NCBI GenBank assembly: GCA_964016885.1
Contig: OZ024742.1
Coordinates: forward strand, 90,272,001 to 90,336,000
Direction: 5' to 3'
Origin: Eledone cirrhosa
Lineage: Eukaryota
DNA length: 64,000 nucleotides
The position numbers were made by a program, and so were the translations under genes. The notes beneath the pieces were generated by a model. It had not been told where the DNA came from, made no database searches, and saw nothing but the letters and a program-made list of their open reading frames with translations. This document shows, one piece after another, positions 26,795 to 40,700 of the stretch. Numbering within the stretch: position 1 is the stretch's first letter; every line of letters begins with the position of its first letter.

Positions 26795-29090
26795 TATTCT
26801 GCCATGTATATGAAGAAATAGAAGGCAATAAATAGAGAATAAATTAAAAATTAATGAAAGAGTAATGATAAAGTAATGAAAAATGAAAATGGAAAATGAA
26901 AAATGAAAATGAAAAGTGAAAAATAAAAATGAAGATTCAAATAAAATAAGATAAAATGTGTGTGTGCTATACCCAATCTCTAGGTCAGAAATATGTCGGA
27001 TAAAGTTGTAGGAGGAACAAGATAGTAAAAGAATAAAACGAAATAGGATAATCAAATAAAATGTGTGTATTTTAACCAATCTCAACTTAAATATAAATAT
27101 AAGGTGATAATGCGAAGAAAACAGAAAACAAATAACAAATGAATAATGAGAAATCAAAAATGAAAAATCAAAAATCAAGTAAATTAAAATGTGTGTGTGT
27201 TATAAAGATGTTGGCCAAATTATAAAGGGTGTGTCAGAACCAATCTCTATGGCTTGAGGGGAGTTCCCAACCTATGGTGTTGTTACTGCCCATATAGCTT
27301 GAGGGAGGTCTGGCCGAGAGGTCTCTACATGTTCTGGAGATTCCCTATAGTTTGAGGGGAGTTCACATCTTATTGTGTTGCTACTGTCCATATATCTTGA
27401 GGAAGGTCTCGACCCTGAGGTGTCTGCATGTCCAGAAGAAGTCTGTTCTGAGGTTTATCAGGCCGCTTCCACCTCTTAGTATCTCGAGGGTCTCGTTCAG
27501 ACATAGTTTGCATATGCAAGATCCCGCTTTATCGGGTGGTACTTTCCTGATTATGGACCAGGCAAGAAAGTACGTGGTCCTGTCCAGCTTAAGCTTCCAT
27601 ATCAGGTCGGAGAGAGCCGTACTTTTCCGTTTGGCCTCCTTATTGAAGGAATGACGATGGTTATACCAGCGGTCTTTAAAGCTCGTTGATGTGGCTCCTA
27701 TGTAGAGGTGTTCGAAGTTGGGGGTTTTAACCCTACAACCGTATACTAGGTCCTTCTTAAGGCATTCATTACCAAGGTGTCATGATTCGGGGTTTCTGCA
27801 GTTTCAGAGGGTAGTCGATCTCTGCGTGCCTAGATTGGGGTTCCGTTAGGTGTTACATGGTGGTCTTCCCCCAGGCACGGTGGGGGTCCCCGGGTTTGTT
27901 TGGGTTTCTTGGGTGGGCACTGGAACCCCCTTTCTCTCCTTTCACATGGTTCTGCTGAGTGCTTGTATTGCCATCTTCTGGTTGTGTGTGGTTTTTAAGC
28001 CTACTCCTGTTGATGCTAGCTATGTGTTCGGCCAGATTTCTCGTGGTGGAATACGAGAGCTTCACAGTGTGTCTGTTGAAGATCTTGTGGTATCTATGGT
28101 CCCTCGGGAAGCATTTATAACACACACACATTTTATTTGATTATCCTATTTCGTTTTATTCTTTTACCATCTTGTTCCTCCTACCACTTTATCCAACATA
28201 TTTCTGACCTTGAGATTGGTTATAGCACACACACATTTTATCATATTTTATTTGAATCTTCATTTTTATTTTTCACTTTTCATTTTTCATTACTTTTTCA
28301 TTACTTTTTCATTAATTTTTCATTTATTCTCTATTTATTATTTATTTTCTGTTTTCTTCATTTTATTGCCTTCTATTTCTTCATATACATGGCAGAACCC
28401 CCCCCCCACACACACACACACACCACCACCACCACCACCACCACCACCACCACCACGGGAGATGGTGGCAGGAGGGTTGAAGAAACACACACACACACAT
28501 TTTATTCGATTATTTTATTTTATTTTGTTCCTTTACCATCTTATTCCTTCTACCACTTTATCATTTTTTTTTAGCTGACTCCAACAACAACACCACTACC
28601 AACATAAGAATAGTGGTCAGATGTATCTAACAATAACAAGAACAACAACTACAGATTGGCTTGCCTCAGAACGAATTTCTATAGACTTTTGACTGAGGAA
28701 TGTTCTAACAACTGACCAATGAGAAGAGAAGAGGCCCTTTGACGCTGAAATTCGTTTGTTTAAATTCATATGATTCCAGTTCCTCAGTGAAATAACAACC
28801 CAACCAGGAACTGGGCATATCAGAGTATTGACAAAGTTATACACCTCAACAACATGTGTACTCGTCTCTACCACACTAATTCGGACTGCCTGAAGAGGTC
28901 ACAGTCAAAGATGGCTGTCACCGAAATATATATAGCAGTAATAAACGAAGCCAAATTTTAAATATTTGACTTATTTATTTTATTTTATTTTACATTACTC
29001 CGGAGTAACCAAACCAACCTGCGCCCTTCGTCGAGTGCTCCAATCTGCATACTGAGGTGTTGGTATACAACCAACATAAACTCAAAAAAT
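26795..29090. mobile_element. PLE fold-back insert: - arm (26795-28115) with GIY-YIG, + arm (28115-29090) 3' UTR with HHR
   Basis: Minus: YHKIFNRHTVKLSYSTTRN, CLKKDLVYGCRV..HLYIGATSTSFKDRWYNHRHSF..CKLCLNE; 28115-28400 is the reverse complement of ~26800-27200. Confidence 0.85.
28885..28939 (+). ncRNA. Type I hammerhead ribozyme
   Basis: ACUGC-CUGAAGA-GGUCACAGUCAAAGAUGGCUGUCACC-GAAA-UAUAUA-UA-GCAGU; stem I 5 bp, long stem II, palindromic stem III. Confidence 0.85.
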
Positions 29091-29462
29091 ATATATATAT
29101 TCAAAAGATATATTTATAGAGAGAAAAGGAGCCATATATCGTTTGAGAAACACATAGTATATTGTACACATATTTAATTCAAATAATAGTCAGAAAAATA
29201 TACATACATAAGGGGGAATAGATCATTGCAGCACAGTTTCAAAGCTCCAAGAGAGCATTAGGCAAGTGAAAATCTATCCAAGTAATCGATTATCGATTGC
29301 AATAAATGCCAAGGAAAGACAAGGTGCTACTCACCACAGGAATTGTCTACAAAATACCATCATATCTGTTGACAGGTGAAAGTCTGAATGAGCTTCAAAG
29401 TACATGGTACCGATAAACATTTAACGACAAGTGCAGATACATTCCTTAGAATCATTATGTAA

Positions 29463-29665
29463 CATAATTGTTTCTACATTAGGCACAAGGCCAGCAATTA
29501 CCCAGTGCATTACAGGTACTTTATTTTATCGACCCCGGAAGGATAAAAGGCAAAGTCAACCTCGGCGGGATTTGAACTCAGATCGTAAAGGGACGTAACT
29601 ATGCTGGAAAGCATGGCGTCCGACCCTCTACCGATACTGCCAATCCATGCTACTTAAACACGGCG
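29463..29665 (-). mobile_element. tRNA-derived SINE of a type I recall as abundant in cephalopods
   Basis: Minus-strand B-box GAGTTCAAATCCC; body GGTACTTTATTTTATCGACCCCGGAAGGATAAAAGGCAAAGTCAACCTCGGCGG; 3' piece repeated at 710-766. Confidence 0.75.
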
Positions 29666-29819
29666 TAATAGATTGTTTGTGCCTAAATACACCGCTTCTA
29701 TAACTTACCACCGTGTTCATTTTTTTTTTTTTGTTTATTTTTGATTTACAGCATGCAGTATAAATACGAAGGCCGTTAGCCATCACAGTGACTATAGATT
29801 TCTTTTTTTTCTGCATATG

Positions 29820-29989
29820 CTGGTTGTTTACCGACACCTCAGTATGCAGATTGGAGCACTCGACGAAGTACGCAGGTTGGTTTGTTTACTCCGAAGTAAT
29901 GTATAATAATTTAGTCAAATATGTAAAATTTAGCTTCGTTTATTAAAAATTAAAAATTACTGCTATATATATTTCGGTGACAGCCATCC
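29820..29989 (-). mobile_element. Second copy of the 28885-family PLE 3' end, truncated within HHR stem II
   Basis: Reverse complement of 28909-29075. Confidence 0.8.
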
Positions 29990-30770
29990 TATAGGAACAC
30001 ACCCACCTAGCAGCTAAAACCATGCCTCACACCGTTGTTTTCAACCCTTCTCTTTCACTTCCTTAACCAGAACTCAAGTTTGCTGACACTAGATAATATA
30101 AATAGACGAAGTACGTCGGTGGAGTCCTATCTTCTGTGCAGATAGGCACCCCAAGTTTCCGAACAACAGGCCCCAACGCCAACCCCGCATTGTGACCCGA
30201 ATACCCTGGGGATATCCGCCTCGAACCCGTCCCCCCTCGCACGCATGAGTCAGGGATAAATACCACAAGGAAAAATGACGCGCCGATTATTACCACTTAC
30301 CCCTCTCCCCACCTCCAGAGGGGACTTTGACCCTGTGTCCGTGTGAGTGTATCCACATGTGGGCGTATATGGAGCTATGTGTATGTGTACAAGTATGAGT
30401 GTGCGTGACTGTGTAGACTTAATATGGGAATGCACCTGAGCCTGTGTTTGTGCATGTGTGCTTGCAACGGTGTGTGTTGACATACACGCATATGTACTTT
30501 ATGCTGAAATAAGAAATCGTGCTTTTCCGATTCTCTAGAGAAGCCGGAAGATGGGTATATATTGCTGATGAGATGTAATAACATCGAAACTAGTCCAATA
30601 TTCCTGTCTGGCTCTCTGGAGAATAGAGGAAATGTGTTTCCTTGAAAACCCGTATGACTCTAAAACCCGGTTTGTCTGTTTGGTTACATACAGACTAGCT
30701 GGACACTCACAGTAAAGTGTGCAGTGAAAAACTCAGTACATGTACATATGTATACATGTGTGTATTTATA
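29990..30770 (+). mobile_element. PLE 3' end of a different family
   Basis: Carries a canonical HHR at 30559-30601; ORF-end-like IGTHPP at the start. Confidence 0.55.
30559..30601 (+). ncRNA. Canonical minimal type I hammerhead ribozyme
   Basis: AUAUUG-CUGAUGA-GAUGU-AAUA-ACAUC-GAAA-CUAG-UC-CAAUAU: perfect stems I and II, GUC cleavage triplet. Confidence 0.92.
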
Positions 30771-30888
30771 TGCATACTAGTATTTCAGTATACATATGTA
30801 GATGTACACTTTTAACTTAATTGTTTAAGCGTCAGTCATACAAAAGTGAGTTAGAAGCGAAACGAAATTTAATTTCGTTTCGTTATTT

Positions 30889-30958
<70 letters not shown>

Positions 30959-31829
30959 TATGCAAAGCTCAATTTCTCGTTGCGGTGAGGGGTTATGAAG
31001 TTCATACAGAGATATGAGGTTCGATTGCTCGTAGTGGCCGCTATCAACTTTCTTCCGTCTATAAGGGATCTTTACCCGATTTCCTACGCTATCCCTCCAA
31101 CATCTGACTGTTTTTACATTTATTTTCTGTATTATGCGTCAGGATATACTACATTTATATAAATATATTTTAAAAAAACACACGCTCACTCACATGCATA
31201 CATGCATGCATACATACATACATACATACATACATACATACATACATACATACATACATACATACATACATACATACATACATAGACACATACATACATG
31301 ATGATGGCTGCAAATCCATTTCGAATAATGCCATCGCATGATACGTAAGCATGAGCAGTACGGATGTGGCTTTTTAGTTCTGCTAGGGACTTGCTTATGG
31401 TCAGCAATACTATGCATCGCAAACAAAATGCCACATATCAATCGATGCCTGTGCTTGAAGCTTTTTTGAGTGAGGAAAGGCTTTACCCGGGACCAATCCC
31501 ATTCTCTGAACATCTACCCAATACATTTGCCCAAAAAAGAAGAAATGGCCTACATCATGGGATGCAAATGAAGTCGCAGGTTTTATAGAAGAGTTACCTT
31601 CTCATAGAGAGATGTCTTAATGAAGACTAGAAGTCACTCGTTCCACATAAACAAATTTTTTCATGGCCATTTACTCTCCTTAATTTCTCCGCCCTTTGAC
31701 GGTTTTTGTTTTTCATCCCACAGCGTATCTAAAATCACCCTCCTCCCCAAGCAAGCTTGGTGGGGGTGCCGCTTTAGTCGCCGTCGGCCCGACTATACAT
31801 ATATACATAGATGGCACTAAAGAATACTG

Positions 31830-32205
31830 GTAGAACCTGAAAATAAAATCTGCCACCAAATTAAAGCACATCCGGCCTGGTATTGTTGTTTGGGACCACA
31901 CATTGAAAACGTGCTCCCTTGTAGAGATCAGCAGCCCACTTTATGTCAACGTTGTGAGAAAATACAAGAGAAGGAGGACATCTACGGACTATTGGTGAGG
32001 AGTTTGCAGATCCAGTATCCAAGATACACCTTCAGCTTCATAGCCATCATTATTGGAGCTACAGCTTACATACCAATCCGCTTGGACTAAAGTATAACTG
32101 AACTTGGATTTGTGGACAAAGAACGCAGCTCCCTAATTCATAGACAAAAAATGGCCGAGATAGCTGGCACCTTCAAGATCTGCAAAACATTCTTGCAATT
32201 CAAGG
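31830..32205 (+). mobile_element. R4/Dong-like LINE RLE-domain 3' fragment
   Basis: KLKHIRPGIVVWD..; KIQEKEDIYGLLVRSLQIQYPRYTFSFIAIIIGATAYIP, homologous to 33600-33900. Confidence 0.7.
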
Positions 32206-32299
32206 GATGACAATTTCTTTTCTTTTACAAACTTGCCAGCAGGAAGGTGGCCGGTCAAAAATGTACTCGAAATTAAGAGAAAGAGAAACATACATACAT

Positions 32300-32900
32300 A
32301 CATACATGGTGGCTGCCAACTCGTTTTCGAGTACGGCCACTACTTTATATCCATGTAGGAGAACCCCTACCGAAGCGATCAACGAGTGTGACATTTTAGT
32401 CCAGCCAGCGACTTGAAAACTCTAGTACAAACACTACACTTATGACAATTATTGACACATAGTGTTGGACCCATGGTACCATGTGACGACAAGTGCAGAG
32501 AGATCTCCAGATATAAAGCAATACCTGTGCCGTGAAGCTTTTATAGTGAGCAAAGGCACTGCACAAAGCCAGTCCCACTCTCTTAACCAAGATGATATTT
32601 ACCAAAAAGAAGAACATGTCAACATCATTGGATACCATCAGGGTTGCAGGTGTTATATCAGAGTTTTCTTCTCCTAGAATTCTGCCTTGACAAAGGCTAA
32701 GGAGTCATCTCTCCCGGTGATTTTGGATGGCCATTGACTCTTAAGAGCTCCTTTGCCCTTTGACGGGTTTTGTTTTTAGCCTTGCAGGATGTCCAAAGTC
32801 ACCCTCCTCACCAAGAAACCTTGGTCAGGTCACCAGTTGGTGCTACTAGTTACATGTATCCCAGTACAACCTGTCCCATGGTCGGGTCGTTGGCGACTAA
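32300..32900 (-). mobile_element. Non-autonomous bipartite RTE-derived element with (TATG)n tail
   Basis: Near-identical copies at 36678-37018, 37250-37585 and 41860-42372; 5' part resembles the 5' UTR and 3' part the Zn-finger end (LAGLKSH) of the RTE at 37760-41670. Confidence 0.7.
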
Positions 32901-32989
32901 ACATACATACATACACACATACATACATACATACATACATACATACATACATACATACATACATACATACATACATACATACATACATG

Positions 32990-34150
32990 AATGTCGCATC
33001 ATATCCCTCCGACAACATCTACGAACCTCGAAGCGTAGGAGCTCGTCTCTCGAGCAAGTCTATCTGCATGAATCAGATAAGATCATGAGAGGGAAGTCCC
33101 TCAGCAGTATCACAGTGAATCCATGGATGAAAAACTGCATGCTTATTAGCAAAAAATCATGCATGGATATGTTGCCAGGAAGCTCCAGTGTGAGAGTAAT
33201 ATAGATAAAGAAAGTAGTATATCTTGGACCAACAACCGCTATATTGGCTCCAACTTTGAAGGATACGCTTTTGCAATCCAAGAACAGGAAATCAACACGA
33301 AATACCTGATTCACAAAAGAGATAGGGATGCAGGCAAACCACCTAGATGTGCTAACAAGTGCAGACTCTGCAGAATTAACATCGAAGATATCACCCATGT
33401 CATAAGTAAAGATGTCATCGTGGTACTATCTACCTATGAGGTATGATGTAGTGGCCAAAACACTGTACAATGCAATCCGTAGAAAAGATAGCCCCGATAA
33501 TAAACACATTAAAAGCTATAGCAGCATGGAAGACATACACATACATAATATGAAAGAGTACTGGTGGACTGTTCCAGTAAAAACCCCAATAAAATACAGG
33601 CATAACAGACCAGATATAGTGATATGGGACAGGGAAAAGAAGGCATGCACAGTAGTGAAAGTTAGCTGCCCAACAGATGCCAATATAATATCAAAGATTA
33701 GCGAAAAGGAAAATATTTATGCAGAACTGATGAGTAATCTGCAGATACTCCACCCTGATTATACCTTCAGATTTATGCCTGTGGTTATTGGGGCACTGGG
33801 ATATGTTAGTAATTGCCTCAACACATATCTTGAGAAGCTGGGCTTCACAGGAACAGAAAGAACACTAGTTAGGAAATTACAAGTACAATCCATTACTGAA
33901 ACAGTAAAAATATGTAAAGCATTCCAAAAAAGTTGCATCTAATAACTGCATATACACATGTACAGATACAAAGCATATACACATGCACACATACAACTCA
34001 AAACATACACATCCACACATACAATAAAATTCATACCTACACATGAATGCGTGCTGTCATGCAGACATATCTACCTAGTTCATGTGTAAATTCCAATGAG
34101 ATAGTCTTGTATCTATGTTAGAAACCGACTCTCTCTCTATTGGCAAAAAT
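32990..34150 (+). mobile_element. R4/Dong-like LINE, C-terminal zinc knuckle + RLE and 3' UTR
   Basis: FAIQEQEINT, CRLCRINIEDITHVIS, MRYDVVAK, HNRPDIVIWDREKK, VVIGALG; between (CATA)n tracts. Confidence 0.85.
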
Positions 34151-34214
34151 GTGTGAAATTATAAAACCAGAAGAACATACATACATATATACATACATAC
34201 ATATATATATACAT

Positions 34215-36677
34215 ACTCCATCAGTCAACGCGATCAGTCGCATATTTTGCCGTGGGAGACTATTTATTAAATTTAAGATGAATACTATCTCCGACAGTAA
34301 TGCCACAACTACAGCCAGGTTGAATAATTGGTTATTCTTCTAACTATCCCTTCTGAAGACACCTTTTATTCGAATTCGTAGAGATATCCGACTAAATACA
34401 TAATTCATTTTACAAGGATTTGCTACAAACAGCATGGCTGAACACAAAATCAACAAGAAAATTAAGGAAGTATCGAAGACAAATAACAAAGAAGGTAATC
34501 AAACTTTATTCAGTTGTAGCTACAGAAGAAACCAAAATTATAAATGGCATTTCTCTTGGAGTTGCGAACTTAATAATGATTTATTTAATTGTTATAAAAT
34601 GGCAAAACACAATCCCTCCATTTGCTATATGAATAGAATGAAGCTACACTGGGACGAAATGCACCCAGAACTAAATTATTTCACAGCGAAACAATTACGC
34701 CAACAAGCGACGTTTGTTGAACGTAAAAATAAGATAAATATTATTAATTGTAAGTCCCCCACAACAAACATGGAATCAACAACATGTGCTACAGATCGCC
34801 ATGCTACTAGACTTCCTAGCAACCAGGTCGAACAGCGCCTTGAAACAACTATGCCTGTAAGAAACTTGACACCACCTGTACCATCTAAGTCTACCTCGAA
34901 TGCTGGGGAAAACACTATGGATAATAATAATAATCGAAGAAATAAAAATAATAATCGAATAAATGTGACACCACGTATACCATCCGAGTTTACCTCGACT
35001 GTTGTGGAAAATACTATCGATTATGATAATCAAAAGTATAAACAATTGAAAACTTCCCTCAACGAAAACTTTCAGGGAGAAATTAATTTATCTATAAATA
35101 TCTCTCTGACTGAACGTGTTAAAATGACAATGGTGAATAAAAAACCAAATAATGAAATACTACGTGTTATTGACGAAATAGGGGATGAATATTTACGACG
35201 GATAAAAACCCCAACATTTTGGCAAATCAACGCCTGTTTATATGCCTTAGCAATGACAGTGAAGCATTATCTTGGTGATAGCTGAGATATTAACAAGAAC
35301 AAACACCACCAAAAATACCATCATATATAACTAAAATAGAAAAAAAGAGTGCTGACCTACGAAAAAACATAGGACATGTGACAATGCTCCTTACATGCAA
35401 ACAAACACACAAAAAACACACTCCTCACCAACAAAGAGTGAAAAGTAAAATAGAGACGATGTTTGGTAACAGTAGAACCAGAACTCTCCAATATAAGCTG
35501 ATCACCCTCAAACAAGAATTGAGAGCTGTTAGCGAAAAATGCCGATACCTGAAGAGAGTAGATGAGAGAAAAATGCTTAATAAAAGATTCAGACGCAACC
35601 AAACAACAGTCTATAGAGATATGAAGGGCAAAATAATAAGCGTCACTGAGGCCCCATCCCAGAAAGACATAGATTCCTTTTGGAGAAAAATATAGGGTGA
35701 AAAGAAGAATTTCAACCAAGATACAGTGTGGCTAAGAGAAATCCGAAAGAACTATTGCTGCTACACTACAACAAAAACATACGAAATAAGTGAGGGTACC
35801 CTTGAGACTGTGATAGGAAAACTCCAAGATAAGAAAACACCAGGAAGAGACATGATTGTCGGCTACTGGTACAAAAAACTAATATTCTATCGGAGGTATC
35901 TTACTGACCTCTACCAACAGGTTCTTAAGAGAGATACACTTATACCAGAATGGTTGACATTAGCACAAACGTTACTGGTCCCCAAGAACAAAGACACCCA
36001 CTTGGCAAAAAACTACCAACCCATTCCATGCCAGAACCTGATGTATAAGATGTATACAGCCTGCCTGAACCTATTCCTCCAAGATCACTGTGAAAATAAT
36101 AACATCATCACAGATGAACAAGCAGCTGGAAAGAAAAGGGTTTGGAGATGTGCTGAACAACTCCTAATCAACAAAACTGCGATGTCGGAGGTGCAACAAC
36201 TTAGGAGGAATATGATTACAGTCTGGCTGGACTACAAGTAAGCTTTCGATTTTGTTCCCCACTCTTGGATGATAGAGGCCCTCCAACTTGCTAAAGTCCC
36301 AGCCATTATTGTCAGAGCCATAGAGAGGCTGTCTTCTTCTTGGGCTACTATCCTAAGTTTAAAGACAGAGAGGGAGGACTCTATTTTCACTGATAAAATA
36401 AAATATTGCAAGGGTATATTTCAGGGGGACAGTCTCTCTGTGATATTGTTCATCTTGTCATTAAACCCTTTGTCCTTTCTGCTCAAGAAATGTGAGGGAT
36501 ACATCACTGGCTCACAGGAGGAGAGAAATACGAACCTAACCCATAACTTCGTTGTGGACGATCTGAAACTCTATGCCAAGAACATGGATGGGATGAAGAA
36601 AAATCTTGACCTGGTTACAACGTTCTCAAAGGATTTAGGAATGGAGTTTGGCCAAGATAAATGCTCATACACTGCAT
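34215..36677 (+). mobile_element. R4/Dong-like LINE, N-terminal region and RT (disrupted)
   Basis: KTPGRDMI..WYKK, KNYQPIPCQN, VWLDYK, GIFQGDSLSVILFILSLNPLS, VDDLKLYA; several stops/frameshifts. Confidence 0.88.
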
Positions 36678-37018
36678 AAAGCCAGTCCCACTCTCTTAAC
36701 CAAGATGATATTTACCAAAAAGAAGAACAAGTCAACATCATTGGATACCATCAGGGTTGCAGGTGTTATATCAGAGTTTTCCTTCTCCTAGAATTCTGCC
36801 TTGACAAAGGCTAAGGGGTCATCTCTCCCGGTGATTTTGGATGGCCATTGACTCTTAAGAGCTCCTTTGCCCTTTGACAGGTTTTGTTTTTAGTCCTGCA
36901 GGATGTCCAAAGTCACCCTCCTCACCAAGAAACCTTGGTGGGGTTGCCAGTTTAGTCGCCAACGACCCGACCATGAGACAGGTTGTACTGGGATATATGT
37001 TACCAGTAGCACCAACTA
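36678..37018 (-). mobile_element. 5' half of the bipartite RTE-derived element
   Basis: Matches 32565-32825; directly abuts and truncates the R4-like RT. Confidence 0.7.
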
Positions 37019-37249
37019 TACATACATACATACATACATACATACATACATACATACATACATACATACATACATACATACATACATGATGGCTGCCCCC
37101 TCGTTCTCGAGTATGGCCATTGCACGAGGAGAAAAAAAAATTAATAAATAAATAAAAAATAATATAAAAATAAAAAAAATAAATAAAATAAAATAAATAT
37201 ATATATATATATATATACATATATACATATATATATGTATATATGTATA

Positions 37250-37585
37250 TATGGTGGCTGCCAACTCGTTTTCGAGTACGGCCACTACTTTATATCCATG
37301 TAGGAGAACCACTACCGATGCGCTGAACGAGTGTGACTTTTTAGTCCAGCCAAGCGACATGAAAACTCTGGTACAAACACTACACTTGTGACAATTATTG
37401 ACACATAGTGCTCGGCCCATGGTACCATGTGACGACAAGTGCAGAGAGATCTCCAGATATAAAGCAATGCCGGTGCCGTGAAGCTTTTATAGTGAGCAAA
37501 GGCACTGCACAAAGCCAGTCCCACTCTCTTAACCAAGATGATATTTACCAAAAAGAAGAACAAATCAACATCATTGGATACCATA
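37250..37585 (-). mobile_element. 3' part of the bipartite RTE-derived element
   Basis: Matches 32305-32638. Confidence 0.7.
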
Positions 37586-37759
37586 CATACACATATACAC
37601 ACACACACACACACACATACTTTGATAACAACAATAATAATAATAATAATAACAACAATAATAATAACGACAACAACAATAATAATATACATATATATAT
37701 ATACACACACGCACACACATAAGCATATCTATAAACACACACACACACGATAGCAACTA

Positions 37760-40700
37760 ACAGCGCTGCGATCGAATGTGGCTTTTTAGCCCAGCCAATT
37801 ATCTAAAATGTCTTGCACAGAGTCGGCAACCAAAACATTCACTGGGAATAGTCGGCTGTGGTTGGAGTTCTTGTACTCTTGCATGTCGCTTGAGCCCTCC
37901 TGCTGATTTACATTCTCTACCACATGTTTGGCAAGCATGATGAGTAGCATCTCCAACAGCAGCCTGGTAGTCAACCACTGGTCTTACTTTATGACTGCGA
38001 AGATGACTTTCGAGTCCAGCTTTGCTTAGGCAGAGTCTCGCACAGACGCTGCATGTCAAAACCATAGGAGGACCCTCGCCGTCTGGAAGTGCAACAGCAA
38101 TGCCCTTCCTCACATCCCGCTTTACTTTCTCGTATGCGATTCGAGATGCCTCAAAGGCAACTTTTCCCTCATATACAGTCTTTCTCCATTTATTACGATC
38201 AGCAGCAATATTTTCCCATGTATCAGCAGAGATGTTAGCGTCTTTCAGAGAAGCTTTCAAGGAATCCTTATACCTCTTTTTTGGTTTATGTGGCGGTCGT
38301 TTTCCGTTAACTAACTCTCCATAAGAGTTAGTTAACGAGAGTTGTTTTGGTATTCTAGAATCCTTCATCCTGGCAAGGTGACCACTCCAACGGAGTCGTT
38401 GCTTAAGCACAAGAGCTTCTATACTGTCACACATAGAGCTTTCCAAAATCTCGACATCACTGATGTGGTCCCTCCAGTGAACGCCATGGATCCGTCTGAG
38501 ACACATCTGATGGAAACGCTCCAATTGCTTAAGGTGGTGTCGATATGTGACACAGGTCTCGCAGGCATAAAGAAGACAAGAGAGCACACATGCCCTGTAC
38601 ACCTTTACCTTTGTCCTCCTGCATATGTCTCGCCGACTCCAGAGTCGCCTTTCTAGCTTTCCGAAAGCATCACTTGCTTTCCTAATCCTAAGTGAAATTT
38701 CACTGTCAAGGTTGCTGTATCGATTGACACTGCTTCCCAGGTAGACAAACTGATCAACCACTCCAAGTCGTTTGCCATACACATAGATGTTTGGTTCAGT
38801 GTACTGCTTACCAGGGGCAGGTTGGTACATGACGACGGTTTTCTTGAGACTGACAGTCAATCCTAGGGCAGTGCAAGCGTCAGAAAATGCATTCAAAATG
38901 TGCTGCATATCACTCTCTGTGTGCGCTACAAGATCGCAATCATCTGCATACAAGAGGTCTCTTATGATTGATGTAAATACTTTTGTCTTCGCAGCAAAGC
39001 GCCTGATGTTAAATATGCTGCCTGAGGTTCGATATCGGATGTAACACCATGCTCGCAATTCCTGAATGCAATACAGAAAACCATTGCAAAGTATATGGCA
39101 AACAGGATCGGTGCTGGAATATCTCCCTGTTTCACTCCATTTTTTACTGAGATAGGCTTCGACATGTTACCTCCGACATTAACCCAAGCCTTCATGTCGT
39201 CATGGAAAGACCTAACTAAAGCAATGAACTTATCAGGGCAACCAAGTTTATGGAGAACCTTCCATAATGCATCTCTGTTAACAGTATCGAAAGCTTTTGT
39301 CAGATCGACAAAAACCTGATACAGATCCAAGCCTTGTTCCATGCACTTCTCCTTGAGCTGTCTAGCTGAGAAGATCATATCAGTAGTGCCGCGTCCAGCA
39401 CGAAAACCAGATTGACTTTCAGGAAGAACACAATCTGCAATGTGTGTCAGTAGACGGTCCAGAAGCACCCTACATAAAACTTTCCCTACGACAGAAAGTA
39501 ATGATATACCTCTGTAGTTCCCACAATCATTCCTGTTACCCTTTCCCTTGTACAAGACCACCATTACTGCATCTCTCCAGTCCTCAGGTACAGATTCATT
39601 AGCCCATATCCTGCCAAACAAAGAGTGAAGATGTTGCAGGAGTCTCTCACCACCATATTATAGGAGCTCAGCATGTATGCCATCCATACCTGGAGATCTT
39701 CCACTGTTCAGCTTCGAAATAGCCACTGCAACCTCCACAAGCGTCAGAGGTTCTGCGAGAGCTACTTTCACAGGACTTTCTGGAATGAGATTGAGGAAAT
39801 CTTCACTGACGACAGACGGCTGATTCAAAAGATCATCAAAGTGCTCTCGCCACCTTCGTAGAATTCCTTGTGAGTCACGAAGAAGTTCTTTGCCATCCTT
39901 GCTGCGAAGCGGTGTCACCAGAGAAGAAGACGGTCCATAAACCTCACGCAAGAGACTGTACAACAGCTTTGTGTTATTGGAATCTGACGCAGTTTGTATC
40001 TCACCAGCCTTCTCACTCCACCACTGATCCTTCATCTGAGAAAGACTCCGCCTAACACATGATTTTATATCCCTAAGTTCCTCATGCAACGTATTCCTCT
40101 CCTGTGGTTTTGCCGTCAAGTAGCGTGACAGAGCACGCCTCTTATCAGCCAACAATTCTTCTATATGTACATCATTCTCATTAAACCAGTCCTGATGTTT
40201 TCTCTGCACCAATCCCAGAACACGCCTGCCTACATCATAAACCGACTTTTTAAGGGTCGGCCAATCCTCACCAAGATCTGCAGCCTGCATCTCTTCTTCC
40301 AATGTCCTCTTCACATTTTTATCCTTAAGACGAACAGCATTCAATCTTTTGGGCAGGGCAACACCAGGAGCCCGGATTTTACGTTTAGTGATTAGTTTCA
40401 CTTTTGCGCGTACCAGGCGGTGGTCAGTCCAGTACTCAGCTCTACGAAGAGCACGAACACACTGCACATCCTGTCTGTCACGCATCCTGACTAGGACGTA
40501 GTCCAAAAGATGCCATTCCTTAGATGCAGGATGCATCCATGTGGTCTTGAATTTGTTCTTTTGTTGGAACATGGTGTTGGTAACACACAGATCCAGCTCC
40601 TCACACATCTGCAGCAGGAGCATACCATTGTTGTTACACTTTCCCACCCCATGCCTTCCGATTACATTCCATGTGTTAAAATCCCTACCCACTCTAGCAT

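Noticed and set aside
30990-31060. GGTTCGATT B-box-like motif
   Set aside because: No cloverleaf or clear A-box; could be a decayed SINE but unsupported
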